This document shows positions 21,146-30,653 of a stretch of DNA of 64,000 bases, piece by piece; position 1 is the stretch's first letter, and every line of letters begins with the position of its first letter. This stretch comes from an uncultured Actinomycetes bacterium. GTDB taxonomy: Bacteria > Actinomycetota > Actinomycetes > Streptosporangiales > Streptosporangiaceae. The translations under genes and the position numbers were made by a program. The notes beneath the pieces were generated by a model, which saw only the letters and a list, made by a program, of their open reading frames with translations, did no database searches and was not told the DNA's origin. The stretch is taken from positions 76,902 to 140,901 of the forward strand of contig CAVSRH010000007.1 in assembly GCA_963730235.1 (NCBI GenBank), given 5' to 3'.

Positions 21146-22036
21146 ATGACCGCACTCACGGGGAACGGCGCGACCGTCCGCGCCGGCGAGGATCTGACCG
21201 TGCCCGGCGGGCCGGGCAGCCCCGGCCCGGACCCCGCCGAGGTCTACGCGCTCGGCGCCGATGCGCAAGAGCTCGAACGGCTGCGCCGCCAGTCCGCCGA
21301 ACTGCGGCCCGAGGCCGAGGAGCTGCTGGCCAGAATCGGCCTGCGGCCGGGTGATACCGCGCTCGATCTGGGCTGCGGCCCGAGCGGAATCCTCGGCCTG
21401 CTGGCCGCCGCGGTGACGCCGGGCGGGCACGTGATGGGCCTGGACGCGAATCCCGCCCACGTGGCCGCGGCCGCGCGGCTCGCCAACGTCGAGGTGGTAC
21501 GGGGGGATGCCCGGCACACCGGCCTGCCCGCCGGCAGCTTCGGCCTGGTGCATGCCCGCACCCTGCTGGTGACCATCCCCGAGCCCGCCGAGGTGCTCGC
21601 CGAGATGACCCGGCTGGCCCGCCCCGGCGGCTGGGTCGCCAGCCAGGAACCCGACGCCGACCAGGCCATTTGTTATCCGCCGCTGCCCGAGTGGGACCGG
21701 CTGCGGGAGCTTTTCCGTGCCAGCTTCCCCAGGACCGGCGCCGACCTGCTGATCGGCCGCCGCCTGCCCGAGATGTACCGGCGGGCCGGGCTGGAGGACA
21801 TCGGTGTGAAAGTGCACGCGGGTACCTACCCGGCGGGCCACTCGCGCCGCACGCTCCTGCCCGACCTGGTCCGCAGCCTGCATCCGGTGATCCGCGAGCT
21901 TGGCCTCGCCAGCGACGCCGAATTGGCCGAGGCGGACGCAGCGGTCCGGCGCCACCTCGCCGACCCGGGCACGCTGATGATGCCGCACCTGCTGGTCGCG
22001 GTCTGGGGCCGCAAACCGCGCGGCGGCGGCTCCTGA
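21146..22036 (+). CDS. class I SAM-dependent methyltransferase
   Basis: 296-aa ORF with AAGGAG RBS. Motif I ALDLGCGPSG, then VMGLDAN and post-I/II elements. Confidence 0.85.
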   Translation: MTALTGNGATVRAGEDLTVPGGPGSPGPDPAEVYALGADAQELERLRRQSAELRPEAEELLARIGLRPGDTALDLGCGPSGILGLLAAAVTPGGHVMGLDANPAHVAAAARLANVEVVRGDARHTGLPAGSFGLVHARTLLVTIPEPAEVLAEMTRLARPGGWVASQEPDADQAICYPPLPEWDRLRELFRASFPRTGADLLIGRRLPEMYRRAGLEDIGVKVHAGTYPAGHSRRTLLPDLVRSLHPVIRELGLASDAELAEADAAVRRHLADPGTLMMPHLLVAVWGRKPRGGGS

Positions 22037-22155
22037 TTGAACCGCCCGGTCCGCCGGGTGCGTACCCCTGCACAGCAACGGGCCCGTGCTGGCGGCCCAC
22101 CGCGGCGCCCCCGCCGCTGCGGCAGGCCGGAGACCGGAAAAGGAGCGATCACGTC

Positions 22156-23334
22156 ATGAGCACATCCGTGCCCGCCCGTCGCCACCCGGCGCGCGGAATG
22201 CGCTGGCTCGCCGCCGCCGCGCTGGCCACCCTGGCCACACTGGCCGTGCTGGGCGCCGCCACAACGGCTCAGGCCCAGCCGGCCGGGCCTGGCTGCCGCG
22301 GCGGCCCCCCTGCCGAAGCCGCAGCCGATCGCGCTCAACCTGCTGAACTGGAGCGGCAGCGCTGGATTCGGCTCCCGCGGCCCGGCCTGGTACAAGGACA
22401 GTTCGGGCGTCGTCCACCTGCAGGGCGCGGTGAAGGTGGTCAACGAAACCGGGACGAGCGCCCCGCTGATCGGGACCCTGCCCCGAGCCGCCTGGCCCAC
22501 CCAGTTCGTGCTGCTCCTCGCGCACAGCTTCGACGGCACCTATGCCTCGCTAGAGATCAACCCGTCGGGGCAGATCAGCGCCGTGCCCTCGGCGGCGCCG
22601 GCCGTCACAGACTTCTCGTTCGTCTCGCTGGAGGGGCTCACCTACCGGCCGACCGGCGACGGCACCCCAATCGCGATGAACACGGCGAACTGGAACGGCA
22701 GCGTGGCCGGCACCTTCAAGCCCTCCTGGTACACCGACCGGTCGGGCATCGTGCACCTGGAAGGCGCCGCCGATCAGTCCAGCACCAGTGGGACCGGCGC
22801 GAACACGATCGGCACCCTGCCGCCTGCCGAGGCGCCCGCGCAGGCCGTGTACACCGTGGTGACGACAGGCCAGAACGCCTACGCGGACCTGGTCGTCCAG
22901 CCCAGCGGCGCGATCGACCTGATAGCCGCCCGGCCGCCGGCCGTCGACGAAAACTACCTGGTATCCCTGGAGGCGATCAGCTACCGGCCGGCCGGTGCGG
23001 GCAGTCCTATCACGGTCAACACCGCGAACTTCTCCGGCAGTACCGGGTTCGGCTCCCGGCCGCCCGCCTGGTACACCGACAAGGACGGCATCGTGCACCT
23101 GCAGGGGGCGGTCACCCAGACCAGCAGCAGCGGATCCGGCGCGAGCACGATCGGCACCCTGCCGGCCGCCGCCCGGCCCTCGCGCGACCTCTACACATCG
23201 TGCACACGTTCAACGGCACCTACGCCGACCTGGTCATCCAGGCCAGCGGCGCGATCGACCTCATCAACCCCCGGCCGCCGATGATCGGTGACTACAGCTT
23301 CGTCTCCCTGGAGTCCATCAGCTACCGGCGCTGA
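22156..23334 (+). pseudogene. secreted protein built of three tandem ~113-aa repeats, two frame disruptions
   Basis: Signal peptide MRWLAAAALATLATLAVLGAATTAQA in frame 1. Repeats 1-2 and most of repeat 3 are in frame 2 (ORF 22430-23284). The end of repeat 3 returns to frame 1 (IVHTFNGTYADLVIQASGAIDL...SISYRR). Switches lie near 22285-22310 and 23195. Confidence 0.7.
22325..23331 (+). repeat. three tandem coding repeats (342, 339 and ~326 nt)
   Basis: Units start at PIALN (22325), PIAMN (22667) and PITVN (23006). Shared motifs: WY-D--G-VHL-GA, IGTLP, YA-L-[IV]Q-SGAIDL, [FL]VSLE-[IL][ST]YR. Confidence 0.85.
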
Positions 23335-23655
23335 CCGCCCTGCCCGGCGCACCCGCCCGGGGCATCCCGCTGTCTTCTGGGCATCACGGGCCCCGTCCGC
23401 GATGGGCGGTGGCCGGCCACGGGTGATCGTTTTGAATATTGATTACGCGCACTTTCCGTGCGGCTGCGTTTGCCGAAACGCATCACGGCGGCCCGAGTCC
23501 GGTTATCAGGAGATATGCGCGGGGCATTGTTTGCGCCGTTTTGTTGTGGCTGATCTGCTTGTTTAAGCCTGGGTATTTCAGCAAGGTAGGCCAAGAGCCG
23601 CCCAGGCAGATTGCCGCCTGGCGGCCGTTTTCGATCCATAACGGCGGGAGCCACG

Positions 23656-24287
23656 ATGACATCGCCCGGAACAAGCCCGGGAAACGACCTCGGCACCAGT
23701 CCCCGGACGCCAGGCCCCTTGCCGCGCTGGCGGCGGGTCTTCCCCGGCCGGGACGATCAGGTGCGCGAGGTGCGGCGCTGGCTGGCCGGGCTGCTGCCCG
23801 GCGCACCGGAACGCGACGACGTGATCGTGGTGGCGGTGGAACTGGTGACCAACGCGATCCGGCACACCGCCAGCGGGTGCGGCGGCCTGGTCATGGTGGA
23901 GGTCACCTGGTACGGGCCGGTGCTGCGGGTCACGGTCGCCGACGACGGTGCCACCCAGGGGCCGCGGCTGACGGCGCGGCCTGGCCGCGGATCCCGGCCG
24001 GGCTGGCCGAATGCGGCCGCGGGCTGCACCTGGTACGCGCGCTGGCGGCCAGCACCGGAGTGTGCGGGGATCAGCGCGGCCGGCTGGTGTGGGCCGATAT
24101 CGGCTGGACCGGCGCCAGCCCCGCCGCACCGCCGCTGCCCCCGCCGCCACTGCGGCCCGGCAGGCACCGGTCGGTGCCGGGCCAGGCCCGCCGCGAGCCC
24201 GCGGACCAGGCCGGCCGTGGCCGCGTGGAGCGCGCCCTGGCCGTGATCCCGGCCTGCCTCGTCGGGGTGGCCGGCGCCGGGTCCTAA
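23656..24287 (+). pseudogene. ATP-binding protein, RsbW/SpoIIAB-like anti-sigma kinase fold (HATPase_c), one frameshift
   Basis: ATG 23656. FPGRDDQVREVRRWL and N-box VAVELVTNAIRHT in frame 1. G-box GRGLHLVRALAASTGV and the C-terminus are in frame 0 (ORF 23439-24287). The switch is near 23990-24010. Confidence 0.7.
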
Positions 24288-24730
24288 CCCGCCTCCGGCA
24301 CCACCAGGACCGGGCAGGGTGCCTTGCGCAGCACGTACTGGCTGACCGTGCCGAGCAGCATGGTCGCGCTGCCCCGGCCGGCCAGGACGATGAGCTGGGC
24401 ATTGACCCGGCGGGCGGTGTCGACCAGGTTCCGTCCCGCCAGGCCGAGGACGGTGCGCAACTCGACCTTGCCTGCCTCGTCACCGAGGGCGTCGACGACC
24501 GCGTCCCGCAGCGCTGACTCCGCGACCTGGCGTTCCTCGCCCTGGGCGCGCAGCGTGGCCAGCGGCCGGGCGGCCGGCGCCGCGGCGCGCCTGCCGCTGT
24601 AGGCCATGACCGCGATGAGCGGCGCGTGCCGGTACCGGGCTTCCTGCGCGGCGACCTTGATGGCGGCACGGGAACTACCGCCGTCCTGGACTCCCACCAC
24701 GACGGTCCGGTGTTCCGGTTCGGTCGTCAT
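24284..24730 (-). CDS. universal stress protein
   Basis: 148-aa ORF with GGGAGGAG RBS. VVVGVQDGGSS and C-terminal GRGSATMLLGTVSQYVLRKAPCPVLVV. Confidence 0.9.
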   Translation of the reverse strand: MTTEPEHRTVVVGVQDGGSSRAAIKVAAQEARYRHAPLIAVMAYSGRRAAAPAARPLATLRAQGEERQVAESALRDAVVDALGDEAGKVELRTVLGLAGRNLVDTARRVNAQLIVLAGRGSATMLLGTVSQYVLRKAPCPVLVVPEAG

Positions 24731-24917
24731 GACTCCTCCCTTCCGGCGGTGCGCAGGGTGATCATGAACCGCTGAACGTCACTCACGGTCAGCTCCCTCC
24801 CGCGGATGGCAATGTGGGCCCGACTGCCCGGGATCGGCCAGGCCAAACGCGCACGGGGCCGGGTGGCGGGCCGCGGGACGGTGTTTCGCCCGCGATCTTC
24901 GGGACAGTTGCACCAGG

Positions 24918-26688
24918 GTGAGCAGACCGTTCCGGCCGCACGTGCTGCGGGAGTATTCGCTGATCGCCGACGGGGAGCGCGGCGCCCTGGTCGGCCCCGA
25001 CGGCGCGATCGCCTGGCTGTGCGTGCCCCGCTGGGACAGCCCGGCCGCGTTCAGCGGGCTGCTTGGCGGCCAGGGCAGGTACGCGGTCACCCCGTCCGAC
25101 CCGTGGAACGTCTGGGGCGGCTACTACGAGACCGGCAGCCTCATCTGGCGGAGCCGGTGGGGCGGCGGCTCCTCGCACACCGAATGCCGGGAGGCGCTGG
25201 CCATGCCGGCCGACCCGCACCGCGTGGTCATCCTGCGGCGGATCGTGGCGGTCGACGGCCCGGCCAAGGTGGACGTGCTGCTGGACGTCCGGGCCGGGTT
25301 CGGCCGCAGCACAATGACCGGCCTGTCCCGGGCGGCGGGTGCTGGACCGGGCGCAGCGGGCCGATCAGGTTCCGCTGGTCCGGCGCGGCCCGGGCGCGGC
25401 GCACCGCGGACGGGCTCGCGTTCACCGTGTCGCTGCCCCCCGGCGGCCACCACGACCTGGTCCTGGAGCTGTCGGACCGCGGGCTGGACGGGCCGCCGCC
25501 CGAGCCGGACGCCGCCTGGGCGGCCACCGAGGAATCCTGGTCCACCGTGGTGCCCGACTGCGCGGACCTGCTCGCCGCACGGGACGCCCGGCACGCCTAC
25601 GCCGTCCTGCGCGGGCTGACCTCGGGCAGCGGCGCGATGGTCGCCGCGGCGACCACCTCGCTGCCCGAGCGCCTGGAAGGCGGGCGGAACTACGACTACC
25701 GGTACGCGTGGATCCGGGACCAGTGCTACGCGGGCCTGGCGGTCGCCGCACACGGCCCGCACCCGCTGCTGGAGGGGACCGTGCGGTTCCTCACCGAGCG
25801 GCTCCTCGCCGACGGCCCCGGGCTGATGCCCGCCTACACCGTCAGCGGCGAGCGCATCCCGGGCGAGCGGGCGCTGCGGCTGCGCGGCTACCCCGGCGGA
25901 ACGGCCCGGACCGGGAACCAGGTCATCGGCCAGTTCCAGCTGGACGGCCTGGGGGAGTCGGTGGAACTGCTCGCCGCCGCCGCGCGGCTGGACATGCTGG
26001 CCGAGGAGAACTGGCGGGCGGCCGCCGTGGCGGCCGACGCGATCGTGAACGCTGCGGCGGCCCCGACGCGGGCATCTGGGAATTGGACGACCAGCACTGG
26101 GCGCATTCCCGGCTCGCCTGCGTGTCCGGGCTGCGCGCGCTGGCCGCCGCGGCGCAGGGGCCGCCGGGCGGCCACGGGCACCGTCAGGCCGCCCGGTGGA
26201 GCGCGCTGGCCGACAAGATCCAGGCCAGCCTCGGCGACTGTGTGCACCCAACGGGCCGGTGGCAGCGCGCACCCGCCGACCCGCGCGTGGACGCCGCGCT
26301 GCTGCTGCCGGTGATCCGGGGCGCCCTGCCGGCCGACGATCCGCGGGCCCGGGCGACCGTCGCCGCGGTCCGCGAGGAACTGGCCGAGGACGGGTACGTG
26401 TACCGGTTCCGGCACGATCCCAGGCCGCTGCACAAGGCCGAGGGCGCGTTCCTGCTCTGCGGTTTCTGGATGGCGCAGGTCGCGCAGGCGTGCGGGCAGG
26501 ACGCGGAGGCGGCGCACTGGTTCGAGCGCAACCGCGCGGCCTGCGGCCCCGCCGGGCTGTACACCGAGGAGTACGACGTGCACCAGCGCCAGCTGCGGGG
26601 CAACCTGCCGCAGGCCTTCGTGCACGCGGGGATGCTGGAGACCGCGGTCCGGCTGTCGGCACCGCGCGGCGCGGGCTCGCCGTTCTAG
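24918..26688 (+). pseudogene. glycoside hydrolase family 15 (glucoamylase/trehalase-like), two frameshifts
   Basis: YSLIADGERGALVGPDGAIAWLCVPRWDSPAAF in frame 0. SLPERLEGGRNYDYRYAWIRDQCYA in the frame of ORF 24806. GIWELDDQHWAHSR...EGAFLLCGFWMAQV...LYTEEYD in the frame of ORF 25339. Switches lie near 25320 and 26060. Confidence 0.85.
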
Positions 26689-27624
26689 CGCCGTCTCCGG
26701 GCCGGGCAGCGGGCGCGGTCTGGGGGGATCCAGGAACACGTGCGGGACCAGCGGCAGCCGGTCGGCGAGCCGCTTGTCGATGTCGTCGGACACGTCCTCG
26801 GCCCGGTCCGCGCTGATGTCGTCGCTGAAGGCCACCCGGGCCGCCACGATCAGATGCTCCGGGCCGAGATACATGGTGAGCAGGTCCAGCAGCTTGTCCA
26901 CGCCGGGTGTCTTTTCGATCTCCTCCTGGATCGCGGTCAGGTCCCTGGGGCCGGCCGCCCGGCCGATGAGGAACTCCTTGCTGTCCATGCCGAGCCGGAC
27001 CGCGATCACGATGAGCAGGCAGCCGATGGCGATCGAGGCCGCGCCGTCCCAGACCGGCGACCCGGTCACCTGCCGCAAGACCAGGCCGAGCGCGGCGAGG
27101 GCGAGGCCGACCATGGCGGCCGAGTCCTCGAACAGGGTGGTCCTGACCGTGGTGTCCGGGCTGCTCCGCACCTGGTCGAGCAGTTCGGTGTTGCTCTGCC
27201 GGGCCTCGCGCCGGTACTGCACCAGCACCCGGGCCAGGGATGTGCCTTCGGCCACGCCGGCCACCGCGAGGACCAGGTAGGCGAGCAGAGGGTTCTCGCT
27301 GCTGCCGTGCCCGAGCGCGAGCAGGCCCTCGAAGATGGAGAACCCGGCGCCGGCGATGAAGATCCCGAACGCCGCGAGCAGCGACCAGAAGTAGCGCTCC
27401 TGGCCGTACCCGAACGGGTGCCTGGCGTCGGCGGGCCGTGCGCCACGGCGCAGGGACGTCCACAGGAACAGCTGGTTCAGCGTGTCCGCCGCCGAGTGGG
27501 CGGCCTCCGCGAGCATCGCGCTGGAGCCCACCAGGATCCCCGCGGCCAGCTTGATCACGCCGACGAAGATGTTCGCGGCACCCGCGATCAGCACGGTGCG
27601 GCCCGTGGCCGATTGCTCTGCCAT
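26686..27624 (-). CDS. cation diffusion facilitator family transporter
   Basis: ATG 27624. AEAAHSAADTLNQ, HPFGYGQERYFWS and a C-terminal cytoplasmic domain. As written, the ORF reads on to 25888, antisense to GH15. Shortening the C6 run at 26722-27 (minus strand) by 1 nt gives a stop at 26686. Confidence 0.85.
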
Positions 27625-27798
27625 TGCGCCGTTCCTCCGCTCGCCCGGGCTGCGCCGCCCGGGCGCCCGGGAGTTCCTGCCCGCGCGGAGCCGCGCAAAC
27701 ATCGCCGCGTGACATCGCTGGCGCCGAGCCTGGTTTGACCTGCGCTGGGCGGGAAGCGGTAAGGGAAAGGACGCGGACTTTCCCGAAGAGGGGCAGGC

Positions 27799-28032
27799 AT
27801 GGCGCTCAGGGCCTTGCGGCTGTTGGTTCCCGTGGGGGCGACGCTGCTTGTCGCCAGCCAGTGGGCAGACCTCAGGCGCTATCTCAAGATCAGGCAGATG
27901 TCCTCGGGACACCCGGAGAACGTCCCGGCGCGGGGCCGGACGGCATACCCGCACAGCCCGGGCAGCGGGGCCGCGGATGGCACCGGCGACTTCGACTCGG
28001 CCAGCAGGGGCGGCCCGGCCCGAGCCGCCTGA
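27799..28032 (+). CDS. small membrane protein (DUF6893-like N-terminus)
   Basis: 77-aa ORF. One TM helix, then DLRRYLKIRQM, which I recall from small actinobacterial proteins. Weak call. Confidence 0.4.
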   Translation: MALRALRLLVPVGATLLVASQWADLRRYLKIRQMSSGHPENVPARGRTAYPHSPGSGAADGTGDFDSASRGGPARAA

Positions 28033-28059
28033 CCGGCCCGGGGCGTGACAGCGGAGCAC

Positions 28060-28107
28060 GCCCGGCCCGGCCGTGACCGTCATGCCCGGCCCGGCCGTGA
28101 CCGTCAT
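28060..28107. repeat. perfect 24-bp tandem duplication
   Basis: gcccggcccggccgtgaccgtcat occurs at 28060-28083 and again at 28084-28107. Intergenic. Confidence 0.95.
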
Positions 28108-28264
28108 GCGGCCCCAGGCCAGGTGGCTCGTAGGGCGAATTGCCCGGATTTTTTACAGTCGTGGTGATTAGACCGCGCCGTCGTGGGCAGCCGGGTGCTT
28201 GTGGCTGGATCGGTCCCGGCTGGTCTGGCCATGCCCAGGCCAGGACGAGAAATCTGAGGTCCCG

Positions 28265-28588
28265 ATGACTGAGATGGACAACCGCGCCGGCTGGTGGTCA
28301 CGTGCCGCCTGCGCCAGCGCCGACCCTGAGCTCTTCTTTCCAATCTCCTACTCGGGTCCCGCACTGCGGCAGGTCATGCGGGCCAAGGCGGTGTGCGCGC
28401 GCTGCGAGATCCAGCGGGAGTGCCTGCGCTACGCCCTCGACGCCGGTTCGATCCAGGGGGTGTGGGGCGGCATGACCGAGGAGGAACGCCGGCGGCTGGT
28501 CCGCCGGGAACGCAGGCCGCGCGTCCGCCCGCTGCCCCCAAGGGCCGGCGTGCCGGTCCGGATGCCGGAAGCCGCCCGGGCACGGTGA
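28265..28588 (+). CDS. WhiB family transcriptional regulator
   Basis: ATG 28265. Four Cys (AACASADPELFFP, VCARCEIQRECLRYAL) and GVWGG turn. Confidence 0.9.
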   Translation: MTEMDNRAGWWSRAACASADPELFFPISYSGPALRQVMRAKAVCARCEIQRECLRYALDAGSIQGVWGGMTEEERRRLVRRERRPRVRPLPPRAGVPVRMPEAARAR

Positions 28589-29102
28589 GCCACCCAGGTG
28601 AGGCCGGCACGGCCCGCCCGGGGGAGACCGCCGACGCGGCCCGCCCGGGGAGACCGGGGCGGAGCGCGACGACCGCAACCTGATCGAACTGCTGCAGGAA
28701 CTCCGGGTGGCGGGCCTGGGCGTGCAGGTGCTGTTCGGGTTCCTGCTGTCGATTCCGTTCACCAGCAGGTTCGTCAAGCTCAGCCACGCGGAGCACGGGC
28801 TGTACGTGGCCGCGCTGCTGCTGGCCGCGCTCGCCACCGCGCTGCTGCTGGCGCCGGTCGCCTACCACCGGCTGGTGTTCCGCCGCCACCGCAAGGAGCA
28901 ACTGGTCAGGGACGCGAATGTGCTGGCGATCCTCGGCCTGGCCGCGGTCGGCCTGGCCGTCTCGGCTGCCGTGCTGCTGGTGGTCAGCTTCGTGGACCAC
29001 GGGGCGACGGTGACCCTCGTCGCGGTGTTCGTGGTGTGCATGTTCGCCGTGCTGTGGTTCGTGCTGCCGCTCGCCCGGCGCCGCACCCGGTTTCCGCAGT
29101 AA
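28585..29102 (+). CDS. DUF6328 family membrane protein (N-terminus needs a 1-nt correction)
   Basis: Conserved RNLIELLQELRVAGLGVQVLFGFLLSIPF is in frame with ORF 28707-29102 but has no start codon. Adding one G to the G4 run at 28647-50 links it to GTG 28585, which overlaps the whiB stop (GTGA). Confidence 0.65.
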
Positions 29103-29141
29103 CCGGTGCTTCGACCGGCCCGGCCGGGGTAGTGCAGGCCG

Positions 29142-30653
29142 ATGGCCGTGACCGTGAACGAAACCGAGATCAAGTACGACGCGCCCGCCGGTGCGGGCCT
29201 GCCCGGCCTGGACCGCCTGCCGCGGGTGGCCGCCACCTCCCGGCCCGAGGAACAGCGGCTTGAGGCCGAGTACTACGACACCGATGACCTGCGGCTGATC
29301 CGTGCCGGGATCACGCTGCGGCGCCGGTCCGGCGGCGCGGACGACGGCTGGCACCTGAAGCTGCCATCCGGCAACGCCACCCGCCGGGAGATCCGGCGGC
29401 CGCCCGGCACCGCCCGGCACGTGCCCGGCGACCTGGCCGCCCTGGTGCGGGTGCACACCAGGGGGACCCGGCTCAAGCCGGTCGCCCGGATGACCACGAC
29501 GCGGCAGCGCCTGATCCTGCTGGACGAGGCGGGCGACTCGCTCGCCGAGGTCGCCGCCGACGACGTCTGCGCGCAGGCGCTGGGCCCGGCAACGACGCTG
29601 TCCCGGTGGCAGGAGGTCGAGGTGGAACTGACCGGCGGTGACCGGCGGCTGCTCCGGGCGGCCGGCGAACTGCTGCGCCACGAGGGCCTGCGCCCGGCGG
29701 GCCGGGCGGCCAAGCTGGAACGGGCGCTCAGCGGCCGGCTGCCCGGGCCGGAGCACGCTCCCGCGCCGAACGCATCCTCATCCGCCGGTCAGGTCGTGCT
29801 GGCCTACCTGCGGGCACAGGCCGGCAGGCTGAAGTCGCTGGATCCGCTGGTGCGGCTGGACGAGCCCGACTCCGTGCACCAGATGCGGGTGGCCAGCCGG
29901 CGCCTGCGCAGCACGCTCCGCTCGTTCGGGCACATCCTGCCCCGGGACGCCACCGCGGGGCTGGCCGCCGACCTGAAGTGGCTCGGCGGCGTGCTCGGCG
30001 CGGCCCGCGACGCGGAGGTGGTGCCCGGCCACCTGCGGGGCAGCCTGCGCCAGCTTCCCGTGGAACTGCGCATCGGCCCGGCCGACGCGCGAATCCAGGG
30101 TCATTTCGCGTCCGTGCGCGCCGCCGCCCGCACCGAACTGCTCGCCACCCTCGACTCGGAGCGGTATTTCTCCCTGCTCGACGATCTGGACCGGTTGCTC
30201 GCCGAGCCGCCGCTCACCCCCGAGGCGGCCCGCCGGGCCACCGATGTGCTGCCGGTGGCCGCGCGCCGCGCCCACCGGCAGGCAGCCCGCCGGATGCACC
30301 GGGCCTGGCGCGCTCCGGCCGGGCCGGCCAGGGACGAAGGACTGCACCGGGCGCGCAAGTCGGCCCGGCGGGCAAGGTACGCGGCCGAGGCGATCGCGCC
30401 GGCGGCCGGCGGCAAGGCCACCCGGTTCGCCAGGCGGATGAAGAAGATCCAGTCCGTGCTCGGCGAGCATCAGGACTCGGTCATCGCCCGGGCGGTGGCC
30501 CGGGATCTCGGCATCGCCGCGCACCTGGCCGGTGAGAACGCGTTCAGCTACGGGCTGCTGTACGGGCGGGACGCGTGCGACGCCGGGCGGTTCCAGGCCG
30601 AGGCCCGTCGCCTCTGGCGGAAGGCCTCCCGCCGGTCCCGCTGGCCGCGCTAG
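29142..30653 (+). CDS. CYTH and CHAD domain-containing protein
   Basis: 503-aa intact ORF. N-terminal ETEIKYD (ExExK) triphosphate tunnel. C-terminal helical CHAD with VHQMRVASRRLRSTLR and LHRARKSARRARYAAE. Confidence 0.9.
   Translation: MAVTVNETEIKYDAPAGAGLPGLDRLPRVAATSRPEEQRLEAEYYDTDDLRLIRAGITLRRRSGGADDGWHLKLPSGNATRREIRRPPGTARHVPGDLAALVRVHTRGTRLKPVARMTTTRQRLILLDEAGDSLAEVAADDVCAQALGPATTLSRWQEVEVELTGGDRRLLRAAGELLRHEGLRPAGRAAKLERALSGRLPGPEHAPAPNASSSAGQVVLAYLRAQAGRLKSLDPLVRLDEPDSVHQMRVASRRLRSTLRSFGHILPRDATAGLAADLKWLGGVLGAARDAEVVPGHLRGSLRQLPVELRIGPADARIQGHFASVRAAARTELLATLDSERYFSLLDDLDRLLAEPPLTPEAARRATDVLPVAARRAHRQAARRMHRAWRAPAGPARDEGLHRARKSARRARYAAEAIAPAAGGKATRFARRMKKIQSVLGEHQDSVIARAVARDLGIAAHLAGENAFSYGLLYGRDACDAGRFQAEARRLWRKASRRSRWPR

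Noticed and set aside
21003-21155. N-terminal extension of the SARP fusion ORF to 21155, overlapping the methyltransferase start.
   Set aside because: The extension (MRSWWSPYRVHGQRGRSRF...) is non-conserved-looking. GTG 21002 has a GGGGAG RBS and gives the canonical SARP start VELSVLGPVEV.
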